NCBI GenBank assembly: GCA_963664225.1
Contig: OY760937.1
Span: 3,552,001-3,616,000 of the forward strand
Origin: Verrucomicrobiia bacterium
GTDB taxonomy: Bacteria; Verrucomicrobiota; Verrucomicrobiia; Limisphaerales; UBA1319
Direction of reading: 5' to 3'
Length of the DNA: 64,000 nt
Position numbers and translations under genes: made by a program. The notes below the pieces were generated by a model. The model was not told the DNA's origin and did not search any database. It was given only the letters and a program-made list of their open reading frames with translations. Below, in pieces: positions 7,499-16,933 of this stretch (position 1 is its first letter; every line of letters begins with the position of its first letter).

Positions 7499-9946
7499 TT
7501 AATCCCCGCCCAGTCTGAAAATAACGCCGGTGCTCAGGTTGGTGAACGAGCCGCTGCCGGTGACCACGCGGCGGGCTGCGCGCACTGCGTAAAGGTTTCT
7601 GTCGCGCACGGGTTGTTCATCGGCAAATTTGGTTTCGTCGATCGGTCCGGCGATTCGCTCGAAGGGTTCGCTCAAGCCGCCGGAGCGATACACATAATAC
7701 CGGGTATCCGGCTCGGACGCGGCGCTCCATTCCAGGCGGACCCGGCCCCGGGATTTGCTTGAGGTCAGTTTTTTCACGGGCGGGGTGATCTGAAGGCGGA
7801 GCGTGGGGTCCCCAAGGAGTTCGGGCACGACGGAGCCGCCCGGGCGAAAGAAGTTGGTATTATTCAGGAACCGACGCATGCCGCCGCCGATCGGTTCGCC
7901 CATGGCCAGACTCTCCAACGGCAGGGTCATGGCGCGGGCCCAAACGATGCCCAGGCCGCCGTTGCCCGTTGCCAGAAAGGTGCGCATGAGGCTGTTTTCA
8001 AAATCCCACTGGCCCAGATACGAACCGTCGAGCATGGCAAAGGCCACGGGCGGTTGACGCGCGGGATCGGCCAGCATTTCCGAGGAGGTTTGTTTTGGAC
8101 CGGCATCGATGGAGCTGGGGGAGGCAAACCCGGTCCGGATGCCCAGCAGGGCCGGGGTATTGGCTTTGAAGAAATCGGCCTGCTGCATGGTCTGCGATTC
8201 GCGGCCAAACCAGCGGCTGGCGTTCATGATTCCCGTGATGTATGCGTAGCTGTTCAGGGGATACCATGGATTATTGACCCGGTTCCCCGAATAAAAACCG
8301 CCGTTCATCAAAACACGGTTGGCAAACGGGAGTTGCCCGATGCGGTACCGGTGGGTTTTGACGAGGTATAGCCGGGTCAACTCGAGTTCGGAGACCGCTT
8401 TAATACCGGAGGGCGGCGCGGTGGAGAGTGCATTCAAATGCGAAAACTCCACGCGGCCAAATGCGAATTTCAGCGGAGAAGGGACTTCGTTCTGGTCCCA
8501 TTTGCCATCCCCGGGCAGGTTGGACGTGCTGCCGGGACGGACGTTATTGCGAGTATCGGTCCATTTCCCGGGTGTCGATACATCCGCATAGTAGCTGTCC
8601 GTGGGCCAGGGGCGGTAGAGATGACCGTCGGGGTTCACAAAACCGGAGTATGGGGTGGCCACATGCCCCAGAATGTAGAGGCTCCAGTCGTCCTGCGGCG
8701 CGGTGGCAAAGTCGGAGGCAACCATCTGGCGAATCCGGGCGATGGGATTGGTATTGGCCAGCCAGTCCGCATCGTTGTGCCGGGCGACATCATGCCGAAT
8801 CACCTGCCAGCCGTCTCCGGCGAGGTCATCGAGAAGTTGCTTCAATTCGGTTTTCAAACCACCGGCGAGTGTTTGGTCCACGAGCAACACAACATGGCCA
8901 CGGCGTTCCACAGGCGGGGCGTCGATGGAGGCGTATAACCGGGGATATCCGCCCAGGAAAGGCACCCAGGGCGAGCGGCGGACCAGCCGGTATTCGTAGC
9001 GAACGCCGGGTTGGGCGGTGGTGTCGCGGTAATCCCAGCCGGTGAGGCCTTCGGCCAGCGTGACCCAGTTGTTGGTATTGTTTGCACTGCCGGATTCGCT
9101 GCGTTGAATGGTGTTGGTGATCGTCCCGGCATTGCGCCAGAAAAGGTGGAGGGCCGGTGGCGCTGTTTCAATGACGGCGCTAAAGGCGCCTTCGTTCTGC
9201 CAGGTTTGAATCGGACTGTTGGGCACGCCGAAAGTCTCCACTTCATCGAAGGCGCCCCCTGCGGGCTGGGAGCCGCCGAGCGTGCTGCCGATGCGAAATC
9301 CGCTGGCGCGCACTTCGGGACCGGGAATAAAGGCCATCCCGCCTCCAAAAACGGGCTGGGCGGCATCGACTTCAAGCCGGGTTTCCTCGGCATTGTAGGA
9401 GAAGACGATTTCATGCCACGTATTGGATTTCCAGCCGATATCGCCGAGGAGCAGGGTGGCGGCCCGGTCATTGGTTTCCACGCAAAAGCTGATCTGGTTG
9501 CCATCCGGTGTCAGGTTCAATACCCACACCCCGGGGTATGGCGGTTTGTCTGAGAAACTGCCGACCTCGATCAGTCGGCCATAAACCCCGGGGCCGGTTC
9601 CCCCAAGTTTGGCGCTGGTCCAATCGGGCTTGAAGAAGAAGCGAATCGTGCCGCGCGCGCAGTCCAGGTTCACCCGCCCGTCAGGCTCGACGAGGCGGTA
9701 TTGCAGCACCGCGTTCGAGCCGGAGGCCAGCCGCACGGCGCTGCCATTGAAGCTGGGAACCTTTTCGAGATTGGTGGCGATCAGCGGTTTCTGGCCATCG
9801 TCGCCCGCCCAATTCGCCGAGGCAAAGCGCCAATGAGCCAGGGGGCGGCCGGGTTCCGCACCGTCTGCCGCGAAGGTTGCAAGAGTCGCGGCGCATAAAA
9901 CGATGGCTCCCAGAATTGTGGAACTTAAAGCAGAATAGTGCTTCAT
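7499..9946 (-). CDS. Secreted protein: LamG-like, FN3-like, C25/gingipain-like core, FN3-like
   Basis: Signal peptide; GTIRFFFKPDW...WHEIVFSY...GAFDEV (LamG); YRDTTAQPGVRYEYRL (FN3); ILGHV..TDSYYAD..FGRV..LLGDPTLR. Confidence 0.6.
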   Translation of the reverse strand: MKHYSALSSTILGAIVLCAATLATFAADGAEPGRPLAHWRFASANWAGDDGQKPLIATNLEKVPSFNGSAVRLASGSNAVLQYRLVEPDGRVNLDCARGTIRFFFKPDWTSAKLGGTGPGVYGRLIEVGSFSDKPPYPGVWVLNLTPDGNQISFCVETNDRAATLLLGDIGWKSNTWHEIVFSYNAEETRLEVDAAQPVFGGGMAFIPGPEVRASGFRIGSTLGGSQPAGGAFDEVETFGVPNSPIQTWQNEGAFSAVIETAPPALHLFWRNAGTITNTIQRSESGSANNTNNWVTLAEGLTGWDYRDTTAQPGVRYEYRLVRRSPWVPFLGGYPRLYASIDAPPVERRGHVVLLVDQTLAGGLKTELKQLLDDLAGDGWQVIRHDVARHNDADWLANTNPIARIRQMVASDFATAPQDDWSLYILGHVATPYSGFVNPDGHLYRPWPTDSYYADVSTPGKWTDTRNNVRPGSTSNLPGDGKWDQNEVPSPLKFAFGRVEFSHLNALSTAPPSGIKAVSELELTRLYLVKTHRYRIGQLPFANRVLMNGGFYSGNRVNNPWYPLNSYAYITGIMNASRWFGRESQTMQQADFFKANTPALLGIRTGFASPSSIDAGPKQTSSEMLADPARQPPVAFAMLDGSYLGQWDFENSLMRTFLATGNGGLGIVWARAMTLPLESLAMGEPIGGGMRRFLNNTNFFRPGGSVVPELLGDPTLRLQITPPVKKLTSSKSRGRVRLEWSAASEPDTRYYVYRSGGLSEPFERIAGPIDETKFADEQPVRDRNLYAVRAARRVVTGSGSFTNLSTGVIFRLGGD

Positions 9947-9986
9947 ATTAATGTATAACGCTTCCTCCGTGAGACCGCATGGCAGA

Positions 9987-10238
9987 TTATGACCGACCGA
10001 TCACCCGATGGACCTTCCCGGCGGCGGTTTCAGATTTGGCAGGCCTTCGAACGTCAACCCAGGATGGCGGATTCGAGGCCCAATCCTTGACTTTTGCGGG
10101 TGTATTCCGGCCTTGCAGTTCAGTGGCAATTACGTACTCCGGGATGATAACATTCAAAAACAGCTTCGGCAGGATGTGAATGGCATCAATAACGACGAGA
10201 TAGCGGATTGGAGAGGCGTCTGATACAACAAGATTCAT
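9987..10238 (-). pseudogene. Truncated DUF3368-type PIN toxin
   Basis: VVSDASPIRYL..ILPKLF..VIIP N-terminal half is present. It ends at 83 aa without the C-terminal GExEAI/DD acidic motifs. Confidence 0.7.
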
Positions 10239-10537
10239 GTGGGTCCGAAGATGCTGCAGATGCTCTTCCGATCCTGCTCCAAATCTTCGAGATCATAGTG
10301 CCTGTCGCACTGGTGGCTGGCCAAAAACGCCTCGGTGTCTTCCCAATCCAAATGCAGCATCTGAGCTACCTGGCCGCGCGCGAGTTCCCCGGACCGGTAT
10401 CCTTCAATGGCGGCCTGCTCTAATAAATGCCGTCCGATCTGTTCCGGTGCAGCCCCATATCGGCTTGCAACATCGCCAGGCAGTTCCACCGTGACGGAAA
10501 CGCTTTCCTTTCGGCGATTTTCGTTTGCTCCTCTCAT
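10235..10537 (-). CDS. UPF0175-family antitoxin-like protein
   Basis: AAIEGYRSGELARGQVAQML...YDLEDLEQD; ATGA overlap with the PIN gene. Confidence 0.75.
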   Translation of the reverse strand: MRGANENRRKESVSVTVELPGDVASRYGAAPEQIGRHLLEQAAIEGYRSGELARGQVAQMLHLDWEDTEAFLASHQCDRHYDLEDLEQDRKSICSIFGPT

Positions 10538-10645
10538 GTTCAAAATATACCACTCCACACCTTGTCCTTTCAAGTTTTGTCGGGATTAGTCCTGGGCTGG
10601 CGTCTGGCGGCCGTCACTGGCGAAGCTCTCAGGCGGGAGCCGTCT

Positions 10646-11650
10646 TCAGCCGTGATTGGCAAAAATCTGGCGGATCACGTCCTCAATGGGGACTTCCTGA
10701 ATGTCGATGTCCTGCACGGGCAGAGCGTCGAGCAGGCTTTTGCAGGCGGAAATGACACGTTCCCGGGGCACCTTGATCAGGATGCGTCCATGATCCGCCT
10801 CCACGACCTCGCCGTATTGCTCGAGATGCAGACCGACCAATGGGGTTGCTGGTGGACATTGAATGCTGACGAGCTTGAACCCGGCAAAGCGATCGAGGAT
10901 TTCCGCCAGGAGGCCGTCGAAGAACAGGGTCCCCTTGTCGATGATGATGACACGTGGGCAGAGGGCCTCGATGTCCGCCATGTAATGACTGGTGAGCACG
11001 ATCGTGGTGTGGCGGGTCCGGTTATGGTGCAGGAGAAACTCCCGGATGATTTTTTGGGATGTGACATCCAAACCGATGGTCGGTTCATCCAGCAGGAGCA
11101 CCTTGGGCTGGTGGAGCAGCGAGGCGATGAGCTCGAACTTCATGCGTTCGCCCAGGGACAATTCCCGCACCATCACGCCGAGCTTGTCGGTTACGGCGAG
11201 CATGGAGGAGAGTTCGTCCAGGGTGGCTTCGAAGGCGTGCGGGTCCAGACCGTAGATTTTGGCGTTGAGTTCGAGGGATTCGCGGGCGGGCAGATCCCAC
11301 CAAAGCTGGTTTTTCTGGCCCAGCAGCAGGGCGAATTGGCGTCGGTATTCGTCCCGGCGCTCCCAGGGGGCGAAGCCCAGCACGCGGGCATCCCCACTGG
11401 TGGGATAGAGCAGGCCGGAAAGCATCTTGAGCGTGGTGGTTTTGCCCGCGCCGTTGGGTCCCAGGAAACCGACGAATTCACCCGGTTGAATCGAGAAACT
11501 GACATCCCGCACCGCATGGGTCAGCTCGAATTCGCGATGCCAAAGCCCCTTGAGGGCGCCCGCCAGGCCGGGCTGTTTCTTATAGCGGCGAAACACCTTG
11601 CCCAGGTGTTGCACCAGGATCACGGCGTCGTTGGGTGGGTTTTCCTTCAT
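10646..11650 (-). CDS. ABC-2 type exporter ATP-binding protein
   Basis: GPNGAGKTT, LSLGERM, LLLDEPTIGLD and TSH motifs. Confidence 0.92.
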   Translation of the reverse strand: MKENPPNDAVILVQHLGKVFRRYKKQPGLAGALKGLWHREFELTHAVRDVSFSIQPGEFVGFLGPNGAGKTTTLKMLSGLLYPTSGDARVLGFAPWERRDEYRRQFALLLGQKNQLWWDLPARESLELNAKIYGLDPHAFEATLDELSSMLAVTDKLGVMVRELSLGERMKFELIASLLHQPKVLLLDEPTIGLDVTSQKIIREFLLHHNRTRHTTIVLTSHYMADIEALCPRVIIIDKGTLFFDGLLAEILDRFAGFKLVSIQCPPATPLVGLHLEQYGEVVEADHGRILIKVPRERVISACKSLLDALPVQDIDIQEVPIEDVIRQIFANHG

Positions 11651-11853
11651 GAGTCAATACCGACAAACCACAGCTAAACGCCAGACGCGCGCGCAGGCAA
11701 GCATGAACAAATCGACAAAGCGCGCCAAAACGGGCGCAAATCGTGTCCGGCGAAGCGATCAGAGGATGCTTTCGGCTTTCCCGGAGCGGCATAATGGGTT
11801 ATGAGAGAGATGCGGTGCGGGTCGGTGGATTCGCGCCGCGGTTATATATCGAC

Positions 11854-13311
11854 ATGGACAGACTCTTACTCATCGATGACGAAGCGGATGTGCAATACTC
11901 CTTCCGCCGGATTTTTGACACTCCCGAAATCGAGCTGAGCACTGCGGCCAGCGGCGAGGAGGGTCTGGCACAGATTCCCCATTTCAAGCCGGACCTTGTC
12001 ATCATGGATATCCGCATGGGCGGCATGAACGGTTTGGAAACCCTGCGCCGGTTGCGCCTGATCGACTCGAAACTGCCGGTCATCATGATGACCGCCTATG
12101 GCACGACCCAGACGGCCATTGAGGCGATGAAGCTCGGGGCCTACGACTACATGCTCAAGCCCTTCGACGTCCCCAAGCTCAAGGAGATTGTGTATGCGGC
12201 GCTCAAGGCCTCGCGCGACATGCGCCAGGTGGTCACGTATCAGAACACGCCGGACGCCGAGGACGTCGCCTCGGGCATCATCGGACACACGGAAATCATG
12301 CAGGGGGTGTTCAAGCTCATCGGGCGGCTGGCCGCCTCGGACGCCACGGTGCTGATCACCGGCGAGAGCGGCACCGGCAAGGAATTGGTGGCGCGCGCCA
12401 TTTACCACCACAGCCAGCGCAGCGACCAGCCTTACCTGGCGATCAATTGCGCGGCCATTCCCGAAAACCTGCTCGAAAGCGAACTTTTCGGCCACGAAAA
12501 AGGGGCGTTCACCGGCGCCGCCACGTTGCGCATCGGCAAATTCGAGCAATGCCACCGGGGCACGATTTTCCTGGATGAAATTGGGGACATGAGCCTGCCC
12601 ACGCAAACGAAGATTCTGCGCGTGCTTCAATCCGGGTCCTTCGAGCGCGTGGGCGGCAGCCAATCCATTCAGGCCGATGTGCGCGTGATCGCCGCCACGA
12701 ACAAGCCATTGGAAAAGGCGGTGGCCGACCGTCAATTTCGCGAGGACCTCTTTTATCGCCTGAATGTGGTGCGCATCGAAATGCCGCCGCTGCGTCAGCG
12801 TGCCGGGGATGTTCCGTTATTGGCGGCGTATTTTCTGCGGAAATTTGCGCGCCAAAAACAACGGCCGCCCAAGTCCATTTCCAGCAAGGCGATCGCCATG
12901 CTCCAGGAATATCGATGGCCGGGCAATGTGCGGGAACTCGAGAATGCGATTCAGCGCGCGATTGTCGTCAGCCAGGGAGACGTGATTCTGGCGGAGGATT
13001 TTCCTTCGGAAATCATGGGGGGTGCGCAGGGGTTCGCATCGGGTAAAATGGCATCGACTGTGCCGTCAATTTCACCCGTTGAGGCCCAGTCTCTGGATAT
13101 TCCGACGCTGGCCGGACAGTTATTCGCGTGGGCGCGCAAAAGCCCGAACTTGAAAGTGCTGCCCGCCATTGAGCGCGCGCTGGTCATTCAAGCCTTGAAG
13201 GAGACCAAGGGGAATCAGTTGCAGGCCGCGAAACTGTTGGGAATTACCAGGGCGACACTGCGCAAACGGGTGGAAAAATTCGGCATTCGCCAGGAATTCA
13301 ACGCGCAATAA
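11854..13311 (+). CDS. sigma54-dependent NtrC-family response regulator (REC-AAA+-Fis HTH)
   Basis: REC (IDDE, DIRM, KPF), [24 protein letters not shown] and a C-terminal HTH. Confidence 0.95.
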   Translation: MDRLLLIDDEADVQYSFRRIFDTPEIELSTAASGEEGLAQIPHFKPDLVIMDIRMGGMNGLETLRRLRLIDSKLPVIMMTAYGTTQTAIEAMKLGAYDYMLKPFDVPKLKEIVYAALKASRDMRQVVTYQNTPDAEDVASGIIGHTEIMQGVFKLIGRLAASDATVLITGESGTGKELVARAIYHHSQRSDQPYLAINCAAIPENLLESELFGHEKGAFTGAATLRIGKFEQCHRGTIFLDEIGDMSLPTQTKILRVLQSGSFERVGGSQSIQADVRVIAATNKPLEKAVADRQFREDLFYRLNVVRIEMPPLRQRAGDVPLLAAYFLRKFARQKQRPPKSISSKAIAMLQEYRWPGNVRELENAIQRAIVVSQGDVILAEDFPSEIMGGAQGFASGKMASTVPSISPVEAQSLDIPTLAGQLFAWARKSPNLKVLPAIERALVIQALKETKGNQLQAAKLLGITRATLRKRVEKFGIRQEFNAQ

Positions 13312-13360
13312 CGCGCGATTCTTCGCGGGCTCGCGTGAAACGGATCGCGGCGCTATCGTT

Positions 13361-13558
13361 TTATTGTTTTGGACGGCGGCCCAGGCCCCAGATGAGCCAG
13401 ACGGCAAGTGCGACCAGGAGAATGAGCCACCAGAGGTAGCGCAACTCGCGGGCGGCCATCTCGACGAAGGCGAACATGCTGGGAAAAATAACGATCAGTA
13501 CCAGCACCACCACCAGCAGCACGAGCATTTGAATGGCGGCTCTTAATCGCGGATTCAT
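13361..13558 (-). CDS. Small two-TM membrane protein (65 aa)
   Basis: ATG overlaps the SPFH stop (ATGA); two hydrophobic helices. Confidence 0.7.
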   Translation of the reverse strand: MNPRLRAAIQMLVLLVVVLVLIVIFPSMFAFVEMAARELRYLWWLILLVALAVWLIWGLGRRPKQ

Positions 13559-14466
13559 CGAGCCCGAGTGGTGCCGAACGGTTGTGTGGACAATCCGGTT
13601 CGGTTGGTTGCCGGTTTCATGTGTTTGCTGATGTCGTCGATGGAAAGCAGGAGATTCGCCCCGCTGCCGGAGGCGCCGACAACCATGGGGGATCGACCGT
13701 TCCAATTCTGGAGAATCTGGAGTTTGATGAAATCGGGATTGGCCTTGAGCGCGGTGCCGCGGACTGCGATGGCGTCGGCCTCGCCCTTGCCGCGAATGAT
13801 CGCGGTTTCCGCGTCAATCTGGGCCTTGAGCTGCGTGAACTTGGCCTTGGAGGCTTCCTGTTCCTGGATCATCTTCATTTCGATGGCGGCTTCCAGTTCC
13901 GACGAAAGCGTCAGGTTGTAGATGACCAGATCCACGACATCGAGGAAATTGGTGCCGATCTTGCGGCGCGCCAGTTCCAGAGCCTTGGTTTTTACCTCTT
14001 CGCGGTTTTTGACAATCTGCTCCGCGCTTTGCGTGGCGGCGACTTCCTTGAGGGCTTCCTGCACACGCGGAGAGATGAGACTGTCGAAGGGATCACCCGC
14101 GAAATCCTGGTAAATCTTCACGACCGAACGCTCGGGAACGCGATAGAGCACATGCACCTCCATCTTCACCTGCTGAAGATCCGAGGAATAACACTCTGCG
14201 GGCATCGGCTTGGTCTGCTGGCGGATGGACAGCGGCACAATGGTCGTAACAAAAGGCTGTTTGAAACCGAAACCCTCCGGTTTGAATTGTGGCGACACTG
14301 TTCCCAGGGTGACGGCCACGCCGCGAAAACCCGGTTGAACAACATAGGTGGCCGAGGAGGCCAGGAGGATCACAACGAAAATCAGAATCGCCGCGCCCAC
14401 CAATCGCGCCAGATGGACGGGATTGATCTCTCCAAGTCTTGCGGGGTCAAATTGAGGCTTGTTCAT
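13555..14466 (-). CDS. Prohibitin/SPFH-domain protein
   Basis: TM anchor, VQPGFRGVAVTLG, SSDLQQV and AIEMKMIQEQEA coiled coil. Confidence 0.9.
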   Translation of the reverse strand: MNKPQFDPARLGEINPVHLARLVGAAILIFVVILLASSATYVVQPGFRGVAVTLGTVSPQFKPEGFGFKQPFVTTIVPLSIRQQTKPMPAECYSSDLQQVKMEVHVLYRVPERSVVKIYQDFAGDPFDSLISPRVQEALKEVAATQSAEQIVKNREEVKTKALELARRKIGTNFLDVVDLVIYNLTLSSELEAAIEMKMIQEQEASKAKFTQLKAQIDAETAIIRGKGEADAIAVRGTALKANPDFIKLQILQNWNGRSPMVVGASGSGANLLLSIDDISKHMKPATNRTGLSTQPFGTTRAR

Positions 14467-15299
14467 TATTTACCCTCCTTCAAAGAAGGTTGCCCGCCTG
14501 AAATGAATTCGCCCAGCGGCAGAATCATGTTCGCGCCGGTGGCTTCCGGCCCGACGACCAGTGGCGTGACGCCATCCCACAATTCGACGATTTGTAATTC
14601 CAACACACTTGGATTCTCCCGCAGCGCCTTGCCGCGGAGGTTGATTGATTCCGCCTCACCCCTGGCCTTGATCACCACGGTGCTGGCTTCGATTTCCACC
14701 TGCTGTTGGGCGAAACGCGCGCGCGCCGCCTCCTGTTGCTGGACCATCTTGGCCTCGATGGCGTTCTCCAGCGATTTGGTCAGGGTGATATCCTCCAAAA
14801 CGATGTCTTCGATCACCAGCACATCCCCCACTTTGCGACGGGCCGTTTCGAGCGCCTTGCTTTTGATTTCCTCCCGTTTCTGCACGATCAATTCCGCGGT
14901 GCGCTGGGCGGTGATTTCATTGATGGCCTCCGCCACACGCGGCTGAATGAGCGACGCAAACGGCTCGCCGCTGAAGTCGCGAAAAACGCTGACCACGGAA
15001 GATTCCGGCACGCGGTAGAGCACCCGCACATCGATCTTCACCTGCTGCAAATCCGAGGAGTAACAATCGGCGCGCATCTGGGCGGTCTGCTGGCGGATCA
15101 ACTGCGGAGAGATCATGGTGATGAAGGGCAGCTTGAAGCCAAAGCCCTCCGGTTTGAACACCTTGGACACCTTGCCCATGGTCACCTCCACGCCGCGATG
15201 ACCGGGTTCAACAACATAGGTGGCGGAGGAGCCTGCCATGATTAATACAAAGATAATCACCGCGCCGCCAATCAATCTGAATAGAGTCTTGGATTCCAT
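14466..15299 (-). CDS. Prohibitin/SPFH-domain protein (paralogue)
   Basis: VEPGHRGVEVTMG, SSDLQQV and AIEAKMVQQQEA; translationally coupled to the next gene. Confidence 0.9.
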   Translation of the reverse strand: MESKTLFRLIGGAVIIFVLIMAGSSATYVVEPGHRGVEVTMGKVSKVFKPEGFGFKLPFITMISPQLIRQQTAQMRADCYSSDLQQVKIDVRVLYRVPESSVVSVFRDFSGEPFASLIQPRVAEAINEITAQRTAELIVQKREEIKSKALETARRKVGDVLVIEDIVLEDITLTKSLENAIEAKMVQQQEAARARFAQQQVEIEASTVVIKARGEAESINLRGKALRENPSVLELQIVELWDGVTPLVVGPEATGANMILPLGEFISGGQPSLKEGK

Positions 15300-15520
15300 G
15301 AAACGTTAACTTTACGTATATTATCCAGCCGTTCTCATAAAAGCGAGGGAAATCGGATTCGGGGGAGACCTCTATTTCAGGAATTGGCGCGTGAATAACT
15401 CGCTGAGCCGATGGCGTCCGTAAGGAGTGCCTGCAACGCCGTGGCCACATTCGATTGCTCGGCATAATGCGGTCCCATGCCAGCGATCCCATTTTATTAA
15501 TAAACCTCTTTCAGCCCCGC

Positions 15521-16645
15521 CTACTCACCGGCCTTTCCAACCGCCTTTTCCGCGCCCGTGATTTCCGAACAGAAGTTGAAAAAGGCCCGCTTGCGTTCCG
15601 AGCTGATCCCCCAGTTTACCGGCGGAGATTGATAACCTTCGTCGAACGTCTCCCCTTTGCGCCGATAGTCGAACCAGCCCCATGAGACGTGGTCGCTCAA
15701 GGCGGCGGTAAAATTGTTCGTCGGTTGATCGAATTTCTCGTGGTCGTCCTCGTTGATGAGAATCGGCATCGGCTTGAACGTGGGCACGGCGCGCGTCTTG
15801 CGGATCAAGTCTGAAATATTTTCCGGCTTGTTCGCGCCATTGCCGTGTATGAGCAGAAAGTCCGAGACCGCAACCACGTTGGCCGTTGGGACGACGCAAC
15901 CGCCAAACGACGTGCCCGCCAGCAGTCCGTGGCCATCGCTGGCTTTCGTCGCGCGCACTCTCCCGATGAGTTCCGAAACGCGGTCAGGGCGCAGGATCGG
16001 GGGCTGATAGCCGGGGTTCGTCTCGTTGTTGATTTCCACCAGCACATTGCGCCAGCCGCCTTCCAGCAGCCAATGCGTGACTTCGTCCGTTGCGCGGAGC
16101 ACCGCCGTGTCGTTCGCGAAACGGGGCGATTGTCCGAAATAAAAATAGCCGACAATGACGACCATTCCCTGATCGTCTGCGGCATCCAGGACCCGGCGCA
16201 TCCGTTCTGCGAACTCCGGTCGCAAGGCGCCATCGGCAGTGAAAGCCCCGGTTTCCCAGGGTTGCGCGCTGGAATAACCCTCAGGGGAGCCGCCTTGGAA
16301 ATTCACCGTGACTGCGAGCAGGCCATGACGTTTCCATTCCGGCATCGCCGCGATGAAAGCGCGCACGTTGCGCTCTGCGTCCCACTTGCCGGTGTCCGCG
16401 TAAGCCCAGCGCGTCGTGGTTTTCGGATTCAGGTCATCGAAGATCGCCTGCACCATGCGCGAATTGAGCAACAGTCCTTCGACACGATGCCCCTTCCACG
16501 AACGCCCTGCGTAGGTCGGCTTGCCGTTGATCTGAAAATCCTCGCCAACGATGCGCACATTTGTCTTTCGCGGCGGCTGGTCGGCTGCGCTGGGCTGTTG
16601 GCAAAGAACGCTCAGTAGCGCGAGGAGCATGAGGTATGGTTTCAT
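15521..16645 (-). CDS. Secreted glycoside-hydrolase-like TIM-barrel protein
   Basis: Signal peptide; LVEINNE and PILINED resemble clan GH-A catalytic motifs. Confidence 0.55.
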   Translation of the reverse strand: MKPYLMLLALLSVLCQQPSAADQPPRKTNVRIVGEDFQINGKPTYAGRSWKGHRVEGLLLNSRMVQAIFDDLNPKTTTRWAYADTGKWDAERNVRAFIAAMPEWKRHGLLAVTVNFQGGSPEGYSSAQPWETGAFTADGALRPEFAERMRRVLDAADDQGMVVIVGYFYFGQSPRFANDTAVLRATDEVTHWLLEGGWRNVLVEINNETNPGYQPPILRPDRVSELIGRVRATKASDGHGLLAGTSFGGCVVPTANVVAVSDFLLIHGNGANKPENISDLIRKTRAVPTFKPMPILINEDDHEKFDQPTNNFTAALSDHVSWGWFDYRRKGETFDEGYQSPPVNWGISSERKRAFFNFCSEITGAEKAVGKAGE

Positions 16646-16933
16646 AAATAAAAATCCGGGCGGTTGGGTTTGTCCTGGGCATCGTCAGGTCTGACCGAGA
16701 CTCCGCGGTGACCATTGTCCTGGCACGATTTCATTGGTTGCAAACCGTTCTTCTACGGATCACCACTGTGGCAGGTCAACTTCTTTCTCCAATGTCCTCA
16801 TGCGCGCAACAGTGCGCCGGAAGCGCATTTTGGGTCATTCCTTTATTTCTGTTCAATACAATCGGAACGGGTTATGCTTTAGTACATCCGATGCACGCAA
16901 TAAGCCGGTTGAATTTGCGAACGTCTTTAATCC

